Shown here: piece by piece, positions 34,111 through 43,552 of the stretch
How the letters are laid out: each line of letters starts with the position of its first letter
Numbering within the stretch: the first letter of the stretch is position 1
From: Bacilli bacterium
GTDB taxonomy: Bacteria > Bacillota_I > Bacilli_A > RFN20 > CAG-826
Assembly: GCA_045132035.1 (NCBI GenBank)
Contig: JBGURM010000091.1
Coordinates: 1-53,332 of the forward strand
Reading direction: 5' to 3'
Length of the DNA: 53,332 bases
Notes under the pieces: generated by a model
What the model was told of the DNA's origin: nothing
The model's database searches: none
Seen by the model: the letters and a program-made list of their open reading frames with translations, nothing else
Made by a program: the position numbers and the translations under genes

Positions 34111-36744
34111 TTATTCGTCTTTAAATTCACGAGGCGAGAATAATAACTTATCGACTACCCAGCCGGTAAGTTTTTTATTTCCCAAATAAATTGGGTACGC
34201 TGCAACAGCGAAAACAGCAAGGAAAATAGCTTGTTCTAAATTCATTGTTCTATATAAGGCAAATTGAGCGTTAGGACCTAAGTGGTTTATTTCATAAACA
34301 AAGATATTAATTAAGCGACTATCCGCGCCATATTTAAGCATATCTGTGCCACTAACAATAAAGAACTCAGGGATGAGATATAAAACTAGTAAAACAAGTC
34401 CTAATGTACACCCAAATAAGATTTTTCTAAACTTGGTAAATGGTCGACAATTTTCAAAGAACACTATGAATCCAGCAATAGTGACACATAAGCTCATTAA
34501 TGGAACCCATCCAAAGGATGTGATTTCACCATCAGTGAACACTGTTTTAAGTAAATCAAGATTAAATGTTCCGGTTGTGGATATTTGGCTAATAATTGTG
34601 TAAAGCAAAATTAGTAAGACTGGTATAAACATATAGAAACCAGACACAATTGCAGTTTTAGCAACATTTTTAAAGAAGTTACCACGCACTCTTGTTCTAT
34701 CTGGTTCAAGAGCGACAAATACGCTAGCAATGCCGGTAATGAAAATGTTAACAACTGACATAACTGTTGGTTGGATGATGTGTGGCATTCCAAGTAAGAT
34801 TGGGAGAATGGTTATAAATAGCCATAAGAAATCTTTCATCACAAATAATGATGCAGAACGTTGAATATTGTTAACAACACGTCTTCCTTGGAAGACAGCT
34901 TCTTTCATGTTGGCAAAATTGCTGTCTAATAAAATCAAATTAGCAACATTTTTAGTTGCTGCCGCTCCATTAGCAAGAGCGATAGAACAATCCGCTTGTT
35001 TGAAAGCTAGTAAGTCGTTTAATCCATCTCCAGTGACGCCTGTGATTCTTCCATTTTTCTTTAATACTGCGATAATATCTGCTTTTTGATCTGGACTAAC
35101 TCTACCGAATATGGAGTTGTTCATGACTATTTCTTCAAAATTGTCATTTTCTGTAACAGTGCTCATGTCGATACATTTATCCCAATTTGCGATACCAGAT
35201 TGCTTTGCAATATAGCTAACTGTGCCGATGTTATCACCTGAAATGACTTTAATATCAACATCGTTCTCTTTAAACCACTCCATTGTTGGTTTAACTTCTG
35301 GTCTGATTGTGTCTCTAATGATGAACATTGCGATGTTTGTTTTGTTTTTTGGTAGTTTATCTTCATCTTTAAATTCTTCGTTTATCTTTGATAAAAGAAC
35401 TACTCTTAAGCCGTTTTGTGCAAAGCCGTTAACTCTATCTAATATTGTTTTGTCATCAGTTAAATATTCTGGCGCGCCTAAAGCGTACCAACCAGATTCT
35501 TTGAATTTGACTGCCGAATATTTTCTAGCGCTTGAAAATTGAATAGTATTTTCAATGTTTAAACTAGATTCTCTACCAAAATAGTTTTCCATAGCGATTG
35601 AGGTTTGGTTTTTAGACTTAAACGCTGAAAGATAACCACTAATGATAGTTTTTAATTCGTCTTCTTTTATTGATTTATCAATAATTTCAAAAGATTCAAC
35701 ACTCATCGTTCCATCAGTTAATGTTCCAGTTTTATCTAAACAAAGTGTATTAACTCTTGATAAAAGCTCTACTGAATAAAGGTTTTGTGCAAGTGTTTGA
35801 TTGCTTGCTAATTTAATAACACCGGTAGTCATCGCTACTGAAGCGAGCAAGGCCATTCCACAAGGGATCATATATGCAATAGTGACTCCACTATAGAAGA
35901 TGGAATTGGTCATAATTGTTTCTTGACCCCAGAAAGATGGGAAGATTGGTAATCTCTTATCAGCCGCTAATAATTGGTTAGCGTTAATTCCTTGAATTGT
36001 TTCGTTTGCAAAGACAATTAACGCAAGTGGAATTGCGATAAACGCCATAACTTTAATTATCTTATTAATAGCGACCATCAATCTTGATTTTGGTTGTTTA
36101 CTAACCTTTGCTTTTTTCTCAATTGATTGAATGTATGTATCGTTTCCAATTCTATCTGCAAGGATGTAATTTATGCCGGAAACCACGAAAGAACCCGCGT
36201 AAACTGTATCTCCTTTGCTCTTTTTGACTGGTACAGATTCACCGGTTAAAAGTGATTCGTTAATTTCTAAAATATCAGTATCTAAAATTATTCCATCAAC
36301 AGGGATTTGATCTCCTGGAGAAAGGATTACTACATCATCAAGAACTATTTCACTAGGCAAGATTTCTACGTCTTTACCATTTCTTCTAACTTTTGATTTG
36401 CTGTCATTTAATAACTTTAATTTTTCAATTGTGTGTTTTGATTTACATTCTTGGATTATTCCAATCAAAAGATTTACAACAATAATTCCAAGGAACATTA
36501 AGTTTGTGACGACTTTTGGTCCCACTAAAAGTAAAAGCAAGGCGGCAATAGTAAACATTAATATATTAAAGAATGTAAAAATGTTGCCTAATACGATTTG
36601 CAAATAGGTTTTATTGGTAGGGTTATTAGAAATGTTAACTAGATTATGTTGTTTTCTAAGGGAAACCTTTTCTTCGTCTAGTCCAGTATTAAAATCTGGG
36701 TTATATCTTTCTATATCGTTTGTTTGAATATTATGTTGTTTCAT
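34111..36744 (-). CDS. cation-translocating P-type ATPase (P2-like)
   Basis: TGES (LTGESVPV), DKTGTLT and TGDGLNDLLAFKQAD motifs with about 10 TM segments. Start set at ATG 36744 (MKQHNIQ...). The track extension to 36822 looks non-coding. Confidence 0.88.
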   Translation of the reverse strand: MKQHNIQTNDIERYNPDFNTGLDEEKVSLRKQHNLVNISNNPTNKTYLQIVLGNIFTFFNILMFTIAALLLLLVGPKVVTNLMFLGIIVVNLLIGIIQECKSKHTIEKLKLLNDSKSKVRRNGKDVEILPSEIVLDDVVILSPGDQIPVDGIILDTDILEINESLLTGESVPVKKSKGDTVYAGSFVVSGINYILADRIGNDTYIQSIEKKAKVSKQPKSRLMVAINKIIKVMAFIAIPLALIVFANETIQGINANQLLAADKRLPIFPSFWGQETIMTNSIFYSGVTIAYMIPCGMALLASVAMTTGVIKLASNQTLAQNLYSVELLSRVNTLCLDKTGTLTDGTMSVESFEIIDKSIKEDELKTIISGYLSAFKSKNQTSIAMENYFGRESSLNIENTIQFSSARKYSAVKFKESGWYALGAPEYLTDDKTILDRVNGFAQNGLRVVLLSKINEEFKDEDKLPKNKTNIAMFIIRDTIRPEVKPTMEWFKENDVDIKVISGDNIGTVSYIAKQSGIANWDKCIDMSTVTENDNFEEIVMNNSIFGRVSPDQKADIIAVLKKNGRITGVTGDGLNDLLAFKQADCSIALANGAAATKNVANLILLDSNFANMKEAVFQGRRVVNNIQRSASLFVMKDFLWLFITILPILLGMPHIIQPTVMSVVNIFITGIASVFVALEPDRTRVRGNFFKNVAKTAIVSGFYMFIPVLLILLYTIISQISTTGTFNLDLLKTVFTDGEITSFGWVPLMSLCVTIAGFIVFFENCRPFTKFRKILFGCTLGLVLLVLYLIPEFFIVSGTDMLKYGADSRLINIFVYEINHLGPNAQFALYRTMNLEQAIFLAVFAVAAYPIYLGNKKLTGWVVDKLLFSPREFKDE

Positions 36745-36877
36745 TATTAATATCTTATACGCATTGTAAAAAAAGAGTAAACAATAAAATATTGTTAACT
36801 TTTTTGGACACTGACCAAACAAGATGGTTATAATAATATTACGCGAATAAATAAAATTTATTTATAGAGGTATAATA

Positions 36878-37780
36878 ATGAAAATTAATCCAGAAGTCGC
36901 TAAGGCGTTAAAAGAGAATAGGCCAGTTGTTGCTCTTGAGAGCACAATTATTTCTCATGGAATGCCTTATCCAAAAAATGTTCAAACAGCTTTAGAAGTT
37001 GAAAAAGTAATTAGAGACCATGGTGCAGTTCCTGCAACTATTGGCATTATTGATGGTGAACCAATTGTTGGTATGACACCTGATGAAATTGAGCAATTTG
37101 GCAAAAGGAAGGGGGTTCTTAAGGTTTCTAGAAGAGATCTTCCTGTTGTTTATGCTAAAAAATTATGGGGTGCGACAACTGTTGCTACGACAATGATTAT
37201 CGCTAATCAAGCTGGAATTGAAGTATTTGTTACTGGCGGTATCGGTGGCGTTCATAGAGGAGCACAAGAAACATTTGATATCTCTGCAGATTTACAAGAA
37301 TTAGCAAAAACAAACGTCACTGTTGTTTGCGCTGGTGCAAAAGCGATTCTTGATTTGCCTTTGACACTTGAATATTTGGAAACAATGGGTGTTCCTGTTC
37401 TTGGATATAAAACAGAAGAACTTCCAGCGTTCTATAATTCGCATTCAGGATTAAAAGTTGATTATTGTGTTGAAGACGCAACAGAAATGGCGAAAATCAT
37501 CAAATCAAAAAGAGATAACAAACTTGTTGGTGGAATTTTATTAACCAATCCAATTCCTGAACAATATGAAATGCCAAAAGATGTAATTGATAATGCGATT
37601 TCAACTGCGTTATCCAAAATGGATATAGAAGGTATTAAAGGAAAAGAGTGCACTCCGTTCTTATTAAAGACTATTGTTGAATTAACTGGTGGAGATTCAC
37701 TAGAAAGCAACATCAAACTTGTTTTAAATAACGCTGCTGTCGGTAGTGAAGTAGCAAAGGAATACTGCAAGATTAAATAA
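36878..37780 (+). CDS. psuG: pseudouridine-5'-phosphate glycosidase
   Basis: VVALESTIISHGMPYPKN and TGGIGGVHRG motifs. 300 aa. Confidence 0.9.
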   Translation: MKINPEVAKALKENRPVVALESTIISHGMPYPKNVQTALEVEKVIRDHGAVPATIGIIDGEPIVGMTPDEIEQFGKRKGVLKVSRRDLPVVYAKKLWGATTVATTMIIANQAGIEVFVTGGIGGVHRGAQETFDISADLQELAKTNVTVVCAGAKAILDLPLTLEYLETMGVPVLGYKTEELPAFYNSHSGLKVDYCVEDATEMAKIIKSKRDNKLVGGILLTNPIPEQYEMPKDVIDNAISTALSKMDIEGIKGKECTPFLLKTIVELTGGDSLESNIKLVLNNAAVGSEVAKEYCKIK

Positions 37781-37782
37781 TT

Positions 37783-38337
37783 ATGAAAACTCAACACGCT
37801 TTAGCAGTTGCTTTAAAAGATATGATGGCGCATCAACCGATTGATGACATCTCTGTTTTACAATTGTCTAAAAAGTGTGGGGTGAGTCGTAAAACGTTTT
37901 ATTATCACTATCACGATATATATGATTTGCTCACCCAAGTGTTCCTTGAAGAGAAAATGTTAGGTGTTCAAAACGCTGAAAATTATCAACAATTAGTGGA
38001 ATGCGTTTTTAACTACTATAAGAAAAATGAAGCCTTCATAAACGCAACGTTAAATAGTGCTGGCAAAGAACTATTTTTCGAGTTTATCTATAATGCGTTC
38101 TACTCTGCTGGTTTAAGGTTTGTATCTAGGATTGATGTAGAGAAAAAACTAGCGTTAAACGTAAGGAAATCTATCTCCAGATTCTACGCTTATGGATACG
38201 GAAATTCCACAGTCTACTATTTATCTAATTATCGTAATAAAACACTACAAGGACTACTAAATAGTTTTAGTTTTATAGACGCTAAAAACTTTGAAAAAAA
38301 TGTACAAAACGCTATCAAAAATGCCGAAAATTTATGA
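37783..38337 (+). CDS. TetR-family transcriptional regulator (DhaS-like)
   Basis: N-terminal HTH ISVLQLSKKCGVSRKTFYYHYHDIYDLL. Confidence 0.8.
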   Translation: MKTQHALAVALKDMMAHQPIDDISVLQLSKKCGVSRKTFYYHYHDIYDLLTQVFLEEKMLGVQNAENYQQLVECVFNYYKKNEAFINATLNSAGKELFFEFIYNAFYSAGLRFVSRIDVEKKLALNVRKSISRFYAYGYGNSTVYYLSNYRNKTLQGLLNSFSFIDAKNFEKNVQNAIKNAENL

Positions 38338-39506
38338 AAAACTTTGATTTTTATTCTCCAACTAAAATTTATTTCGGAAAGGACCGTGAGGCAGAAATCG
38401 GTCAGATTTTAAAGTCGTATAATTTTACGAAAGTTTTAATTGTTATTGGAAAATCATCTGTAATTAAAAGTGGTCTTCTTGATAGAGTTTTAGAGTCCTT
38501 AAAAAATAAAAATATTAAATCATTTTTGCTTAAAGGAGTCAGAGCAAATCCGACATTTGATCTTGTTAAACAAGGTGTAGAAATTGCTAAGGAAAATAAT
38601 GTTGATATTATCCTACCTATTGGTGGTGGAAGTGTTATTGATACCGCAAAATGTATTGCTGTTAATTATTATCATAATGGAGATATTAGAGATTTTAATT
38701 TTCATAAGGAAAATCCAACTAAAGCATTACCTGTTGGAGTTATCTTAACTATTTCTGCTGCTGGTAGTGAGCTATCAAACTCTTGTGTTATTCAAGATGA
38801 TGAAACTGGAATGAAAAGCGGATTCAATAGCGATCTTGTAAGACCTTTATTTGCTATTGAGAACCCTGATTTAACCAAATCTGTTAATAAAGAGCAAACA
38901 GCGTATGGAATAGTTGATATATTAATGCATACATTAGAAAGATATATGTGCGATAGTGAACCATACGAATTGGCCGATGAATTTGCATTAGGTCTAGTTA
39001 AAAACGTTATCGACGTTGGCTTACTATGTTATAACGATCCAAATAACTACGATTATCGCGGTAGATTGATGCTTGCAAGCAGTCTTTCACATAATGGATT
39101 AACAGGAATTGGAAAGCCGTTTATGATGGCGGTTCATCAATTAGAACATCCAGTGAGCGGACTATTTCCACACATCGCTCATGGCTGTGGTCTTGCTGTA
39201 CTTTGGCCTGCTTGGGCAAGATATTATTACCATTATGATGTAGATAAATTTGCTAAACTTGGAGAAAGAGTGTTTAATTTATCTAATGTAGATAAAGAAA
39301 AGACTGCGCTTGAGACTATTGAAAAATTCGAAGAATATTTTAAAAAGTTAGATATGCCTTCTACTTTATCTGAACTTGGCATTAAGGAATCTGATATCAA
39401 TAAATTAGTTGAAAATATGACTAGAAAGGGCACGAGAGTAATTAAGCATCATTCAAAAGATATGGATGCAGAAGTCGCTAGAACAATTTATCTCTCTTGT
39501 TTGTAA
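38334..39506 (+). CDS. iron-containing (group III) alcohol dehydrogenase
   Basis: GGGSVIDTAKCIA and metal-binding His motifs (HQLEHPVSGLFPHIAHG). ATGA overlap with the TetR gene. Confidence 0.88.
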   Translation: MKNFDFYSPTKIYFGKDREAEIGQILKSYNFTKVLIVIGKSSVIKSGLLDRVLESLKNKNIKSFLLKGVRANPTFDLVKQGVEIAKENNVDIILPIGGGSVIDTAKCIAVNYYHNGDIRDFNFHKENPTKALPVGVILTISAAGSELSNSCVIQDDETGMKSGFNSDLVRPLFAIENPDLTKSVNKEQTAYGIVDILMHTLERYMCDSEPYELADEFALGLVKNVIDVGLLCYNDPNNYDYRGRLMLASSLSHNGLTGIGKPFMMAVHQLEHPVSGLFPHIAHGCGLAVLWPAWARYYYHYDVDKFAKLGERVFNLSNVDKEKTALETIEKFEEYFKKLDMPSTLSELGIKESDINKLVENMTRKGTRVIKHHSKDMDAEVARTIYLSCL

Positions 39507-39511
39507 TAAAT

Positions 39512-40660
39512 ATGAAAAAAGAAAACATTATCGTTATCCTAATTTATCTACTTGTATTTGCGGTCGCTATTATTTATGGCTTTACCGTTTTACAAACTCA
39601 TTTTGCGCATTCAAGTTTCAAAGAAGTGTGGCAATATGCTATATACATTATTGTTTCAGTGTTTTCTGGCGTCTTTGTTGCTGGAGTATTATCTGAATTT
39701 GGACATCTTCTTGGCGCTAAAACAGGCGGATATATTATTGCCTCTTGGTGCTTATTTTATTTCACATTCTATTTGAACAAAGATGGCAAAAGAAAATTCA
39801 AGTTTGCGTCTTTTGATGGTTTAACTGGTGAAACTAAAATCATTCCTAACTATAAAAAGAAAGAAAGACCAAACCCATACCCATTCTTACTTTATGGCAC
39901 TGTTTTTAACGCTGCTTGGATTGTTGCTTGTTTATTCTTGTTCTTCACATATAACGCAAATAATGGAATTGAATCCGATTTAGCGTATTTCTTCTTAACA
40001 TGTGGAATTATAGCTTTGTTAGTGGTTGTTTATAATATTATTCCACTCAAATTAGACTCCCTAACAGATGGCTTCAGACTATCTCAAATTAAAGGCGATA
40101 TCGTCGGCTTTAATGAACGCCTTGCAGCGGAAAACGCTGGACTTTCTACAAGTATTGCCTCTTCAAATGAAAAAATCGAAGCTAACAAACCAGCTAAATT
40201 TATCCCTGAAGTTGCGCTTGTAAATGTCTATCATCTTTTAGCGGAAGAAAAGTATGACGAAGTGTTTGATACACTTAAAGAAATTAACGAACATGAAGCT
40301 GAATGTTCTAGTAAGACAGTGTTAGACGCGAAGGCACAATATATCTATGCATTTATCATGTCTAAAGAAGATACTGAAGTGACTGAGTTCTATGAAAAAG
40401 AAGTCTCGTTCTCATTTAGAAGAGATCTAGCGAACAATAACTCTATGCCTGTCATTAGAACTTATATCTTAACAGCAGGATTGTTAGATGGTTCACAAAG
40501 CGAAGTTATGCTTGCTCTAGGTAAGGTTATTAAAGCTTATAAGAGTGTTCCAACAAATATTAGACACGATGAAGCAATATTGTTTAATAGAGCGTTAGAT
40601 AAAATTATTGAAGCCCATCCTAAATGGGAAGAAGTTAAAAACTATCGCATTTACGAATAA
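39512..40660 (+). CDS. M50/site-2-protease-like membrane protein with degenerate metal motif and a soluble C-terminal helical domain
   Basis: SEFGH stands where M50 proteases carry HExxH, and NIIPLKLDSLTDG resembles the NxxPxxxLDG motif. About 5 TM segments, then a roughly 180-aa soluble tail. Confidence 0.55.
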   Translation: MKKENIIVILIYLLVFAVAIIYGFTVLQTHFAHSSFKEVWQYAIYIIVSVFSGVFVAGVLSEFGHLLGAKTGGYIIASWCLFYFTFYLNKDGKRKFKFASFDGLTGETKIIPNYKKKERPNPYPFLLYGTVFNAAWIVACLFLFFTYNANNGIESDLAYFFLTCGIIALLVVVYNIIPLKLDSLTDGFRLSQIKGDIVGFNERLAAENAGLSTSIASSNEKIEANKPAKFIPEVALVNVYHLLAEEKYDEVFDTLKEINEHEAECSSKTVLDAKAQYIYAFIMSKEDTEVTEFYEKEVSFSFRRDLANNNSMPVIRTYILTAGLLDGSQSEVMLALGKVIKAYKSVPTNIRHDEAILFNRALDKIIEAHPKWEEVKNYRIYE

Positions 40661-40661
40661 G

Positions 40662-40687
40662 AAAAAAGACCTGAATGGTCTTTTCTT
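40662..40687. terminator. bidirectional terminator between convergent genes
   Basis: AAAAGACC-tgaat-GGTCTTTT, with an A-run on one side and a T-run on the other. Confidence 0.75.
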
Positions 40688-42124
40688 TTACAATCCTAAT
40701 TGTGGTCCAATGATTTGTGTCCAAAGCAAGAAGTAAGTAACTAAGGAAATAACGTCCACCATTGTAGTGGTGATTGGTCCACACATAACAGCAGGATCTA
40801 ATTTTACTAATTTCGCTAAGAATGGAAGGGAACAACCAACCATACGAGAGATAATCATTGTAACGAATAATGTGCCTGCAACAAGCGTCGCAATTAAACA
40901 CATGTATGTGCCATAATTACCACCAGTTATAGCAATTTGTTCTTTGATTGAGTCAGTATTAACAATTCCGACACTCATTTCAAACATCAACCATCCAAAT
41001 GCAAACACTGCGACAATTGCACCGATAATAGCAGCGACTCTTAATTCTTTAAGAACAACTTTTCCATAGTCTTTTCCAGAGAATTCATCAAGTGATAAGG
41101 AACGGACAATCATAGTGGTTGTTTGTCCACCCGAATTACCACCAGCATCCATAATTAATGGAGTGAAAACCGCTAAGATAGCGAATTTCGTAATCTCATT
41201 TTCGAATCCAGAAAGAATCATAGTGGAGAATACTTGTAACACCATTAAAACCAAAATCCATGGAACACATTTAAGAACCAATTTATAAATTGGAGTCTTC
41301 AAATATGGATCCTCCATATCAGTAATAGCCGCCATGTGAGCGATATCTTCACTGACTTCTTGTTCCATAATATCGACAACGTCGTCGATAGTGATAATAC
41401 CGACGATTTTGTTTTCACTATTTACAACTGCCATTGCAGTTAAGTCATATCTTTTGAATTTTTTGGCAACATCTTCTTGGTCGTCGTTAACGTTACAATA
41501 GACAAAGTCTTTGTCCATAATGTCTTGTAAGACATCCGTTTCTTTAGAAAAGATTAAATCTGATAATTGGACAGTACCAACTAGTGTTCTACTTCTATCT
41601 CTAACAAAGATAGTGTAGATTGTTTCAGCGTCTTTACCTTTCTCACGAATCGTATCAATTGCTTCTTTAACAGTAACCGAATCTTTCATCTCAATATATT
41701 CGGTTGTCATTACGCTTCCAGCGGTGTTTTCTTTATAGTTTAACAAGCGATTGACGTCACTTCTTAAGTCTTTTGGACACGCTTTTAAAACACGAGTAAC
41801 GATATTTGCAGGCATCTCTTCGATGGTGTCGACGATATCGTCAGCGTAGGACTCACTGATGAGTTCCATTAATTCTTTATCGGAGAAAGCATTAATAACA
41901 GCTTCTTGTTGTTCTGAAGAAAGTTCAGCGAAAAATTCTGCTGAATATTCGCTTCCAACAACACGGAAAATATAAAGGAGGATTTTTGGATCATCCACAT
42001 CAGCGATTGCTTCGGCAATATCGATGTTTGGGATAGTCTCAAATATCTCTTTTAATTCCTTGCTGCTTCTATTTGTGATAGCAGATAGTACCCATTGTTT
42101 TAAGATGCTTTTGTTTTCTTCCAT
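40688..42124 (-). CDS. mgtE: magnesium transporter MgtE
   Basis: N-domain, tandem CBS region and C-terminal TM domain with GNSGGQ (DAGGNSGGQTTT). 478 aa. Confidence 0.93.
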   Translation of the reverse strand: MEENKSILKQWVLSAITNRSSKELKEIFETIPNIDIAEAIADVDDPKILLYIFRVVGSEYSAEFFAELSSEQQEAVINAFSDKELMELISESYADDIVDTIEEMPANIVTRVLKACPKDLRSDVNRLLNYKENTAGSVMTTEYIEMKDSVTVKEAIDTIREKGKDAETIYTIFVRDRSRTLVGTVQLSDLIFSKETDVLQDIMDKDFVYCNVNDDQEDVAKKFKRYDLTAMAVVNSENKIVGIITIDDVVDIMEQEVSEDIAHMAAITDMEDPYLKTPIYKLVLKCVPWILVLMVLQVFSTMILSGFENEITKFAILAVFTPLIMDAGGNSGGQTTTMIVRSLSLDEFSGKDYGKVVLKELRVAAIIGAIVAVFAFGWLMFEMSVGIVNTDSIKEQIAITGGNYGTYMCLIATLVAGTLFVTMIISRMVGCSLPFLAKLVKLDPAVMCGPITTTMVDVISLVTYFLLWTQIIGPQLGL

Positions 42125-42180
42125 AACTAAAGTTATTATAAACCATTACTTGATTAGAGCAATAAAAAATAATAAAAGAC

Positions 42181-42211
42181 AAAATAAAAGAGAATTGGAA
42201 TACCAATTCCC
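42181..42211 (-). terminator. rho-independent terminator after pmbA
   Basis: On the minus strand: GGGAATTGG-tat-TCCAATTCTC followed by TTTTATTTT. Confidence 0.75.
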
Positions 42212-42226
42212 TAATTATTTGAAGAG

Positions 42227-43552
42227 TTATTTACCACTTACGTTGATTTTCTTAATAAGCACTGATGGACACTTAATTCCAGATGCAAATTCTTTTGAAT
42301 CGTTACCAATTTCAGTAATTGAATTGAATAAATCAACAAGATTCCCTGAAATGGTAATAATATCTAAGCCGTGTGTGACCTTTCCGTTTTCAATCATAAA
42401 TCCTGTTGATTGAAGTGAGAAATTGCCACTTCTTGAGTTCAATCCTGCATGTAATCCGGTGACCTCAGTGATGTAAACGCCATTTCCGACTTCTTCGAAG
42501 AGTTGTTCAAGAGATTTCTTGCCTGGCTTCATAACTGGATACCAAGTGGAAGTATCAACTTTGCTTCCTCCACCGACAGAACCGTGTCCATTTGATTCAA
42601 CTCCATCAATTGCAGCGGTTGTTAAGTTATACAAATAATTTACAAGAATACCATTTTTGATAATTGGAAGGTTTTGAGTTGCTACACCTTCATCATCAAA
42701 CGATTTAGCAAATACCGTTTTTGATAAAGGCATGTCTTCAATTGTAACTTTTCTTGAGGCAACCTTTTGATTCAACTTATCAACAAATAGAGACGATTTC
42801 TTTTGAACTGACTCAGCGACCGCGCTAGAAATATAGGCACCCATAAACGCTTTAACAACATCTTGAGATAGAACTGCTTTGTAGGTTGATGATTCGCATT
42901 GGAATCCACCTAATTTAGAAGTTGCCTCTTTAACAATAGATTTTGCTAATTCATCAACATTAAACTTGGAATAATCGTTTCCAAAAGCTAAATCGAATCC
43001 AGTTTTAACTTGATCGCCTTCTTTTGCAACAGCGCCGCCATAATAAACATAGAAATTATTCTTTTGAACAAGCTTTAAACCGTGACTATTATAGATTGTG
43101 CTTGTTGATTTGCTTTCGCTGTAACCGACTGTTTCAACTTCGACAACTCTTTTGTCTTGTTCTTTAATTTTCTTTTCTAATTCATATAGTTTATTAAGCT
43201 TTAAATCTACAGAAATTTTTTCTAAATCCTTGTTAAAAGTGTTAATTTTACGATATTTTTCGCTTCCTTTGAAAATAAATACAGGATCGTTATTTTCGAT
43301 TACTGATGCGTTTTCAATAATGGCTTTAACAAATAGTTCTGCGGAGTTCTTATCATAGACATCACTGCTAATTGAACCCATTTTTCCATTATAAATACCT
43401 CTTGCTAAATAACTACTTGATAGACTTGATGTGTAATTATCAATTTCACCATGAAATAGACTAAATTCAAGAGAATAAGATGTTGAACAGGAGATTTCAC
43501 ACTCTGTAATTCCCGCCTTTTGGGCAAGTTCAAAAAACTTATCGAATTTCAT
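42227..43552 (-). CDS. pmbA: PmbA/TldE metalloprotease-family protein
   Basis: 441 aa. Paired and start/stop-overlapping with tldD. The C-terminal GLHAGLNSRSGNFSLQSTGFMIENGK is typical of the family. Confidence 0.85.
   Translation of the reverse strand: MKFDKFFELAQKAGITECEISCSTSYSLEFSLFHGEIDNYTSSLSSSYLARGIYNGKMGSISSDVYDKNSAELFVKAIIENASVIENNDPVFIFKGSEKYRKINTFNKDLEKISVDLKLNKLYELEKKIKEQDKRVVEVETVGYSESKSTSTIYNSHGLKLVQKNNFYVYYGGAVAKEGDQVKTGFDLAFGNDYSKFNVDELAKSIVKEATSKLGGFQCESSTYKAVLSQDVVKAFMGAYISSAVAESVQKKSSLFVDKLNQKVASRKVTIEDMPLSKTVFAKSFDDEGVATQNLPIIKNGILVNYLYNLTTAAIDGVESNGHGSVGGGSKVDTSTWYPVMKPGKKSLEQLFEEVGNGVYITEVTGLHAGLNSRSGNFSLQSTGFMIENGKVTHGLDIITISGNLVDLFNSITEIGNDSKEFASGIKCPSVLIKKINVSGK

Noticed and set aside
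36760-36800. Inverted repeat AACAAT-aaaat-ATTGTT upstream of the P-type ATPase, considered as a possible operator.
   Set aside because: It is a short AT-only palindrome in AT-rich intergenic DNA and is expected by chance. There is no adjacent regulator gene to tie it to.
42125-42226. Searched for an M-box (ykoK) magnesium riboswitch upstream of mgtE.
   Set aside because: Only about 100 nt separate mgtE from pmbA. Roughly a third of that is the pmbA terminator, and the rest is AT-rich with no M-box-like conserved helices. The region is too short for the ~160-nt element.
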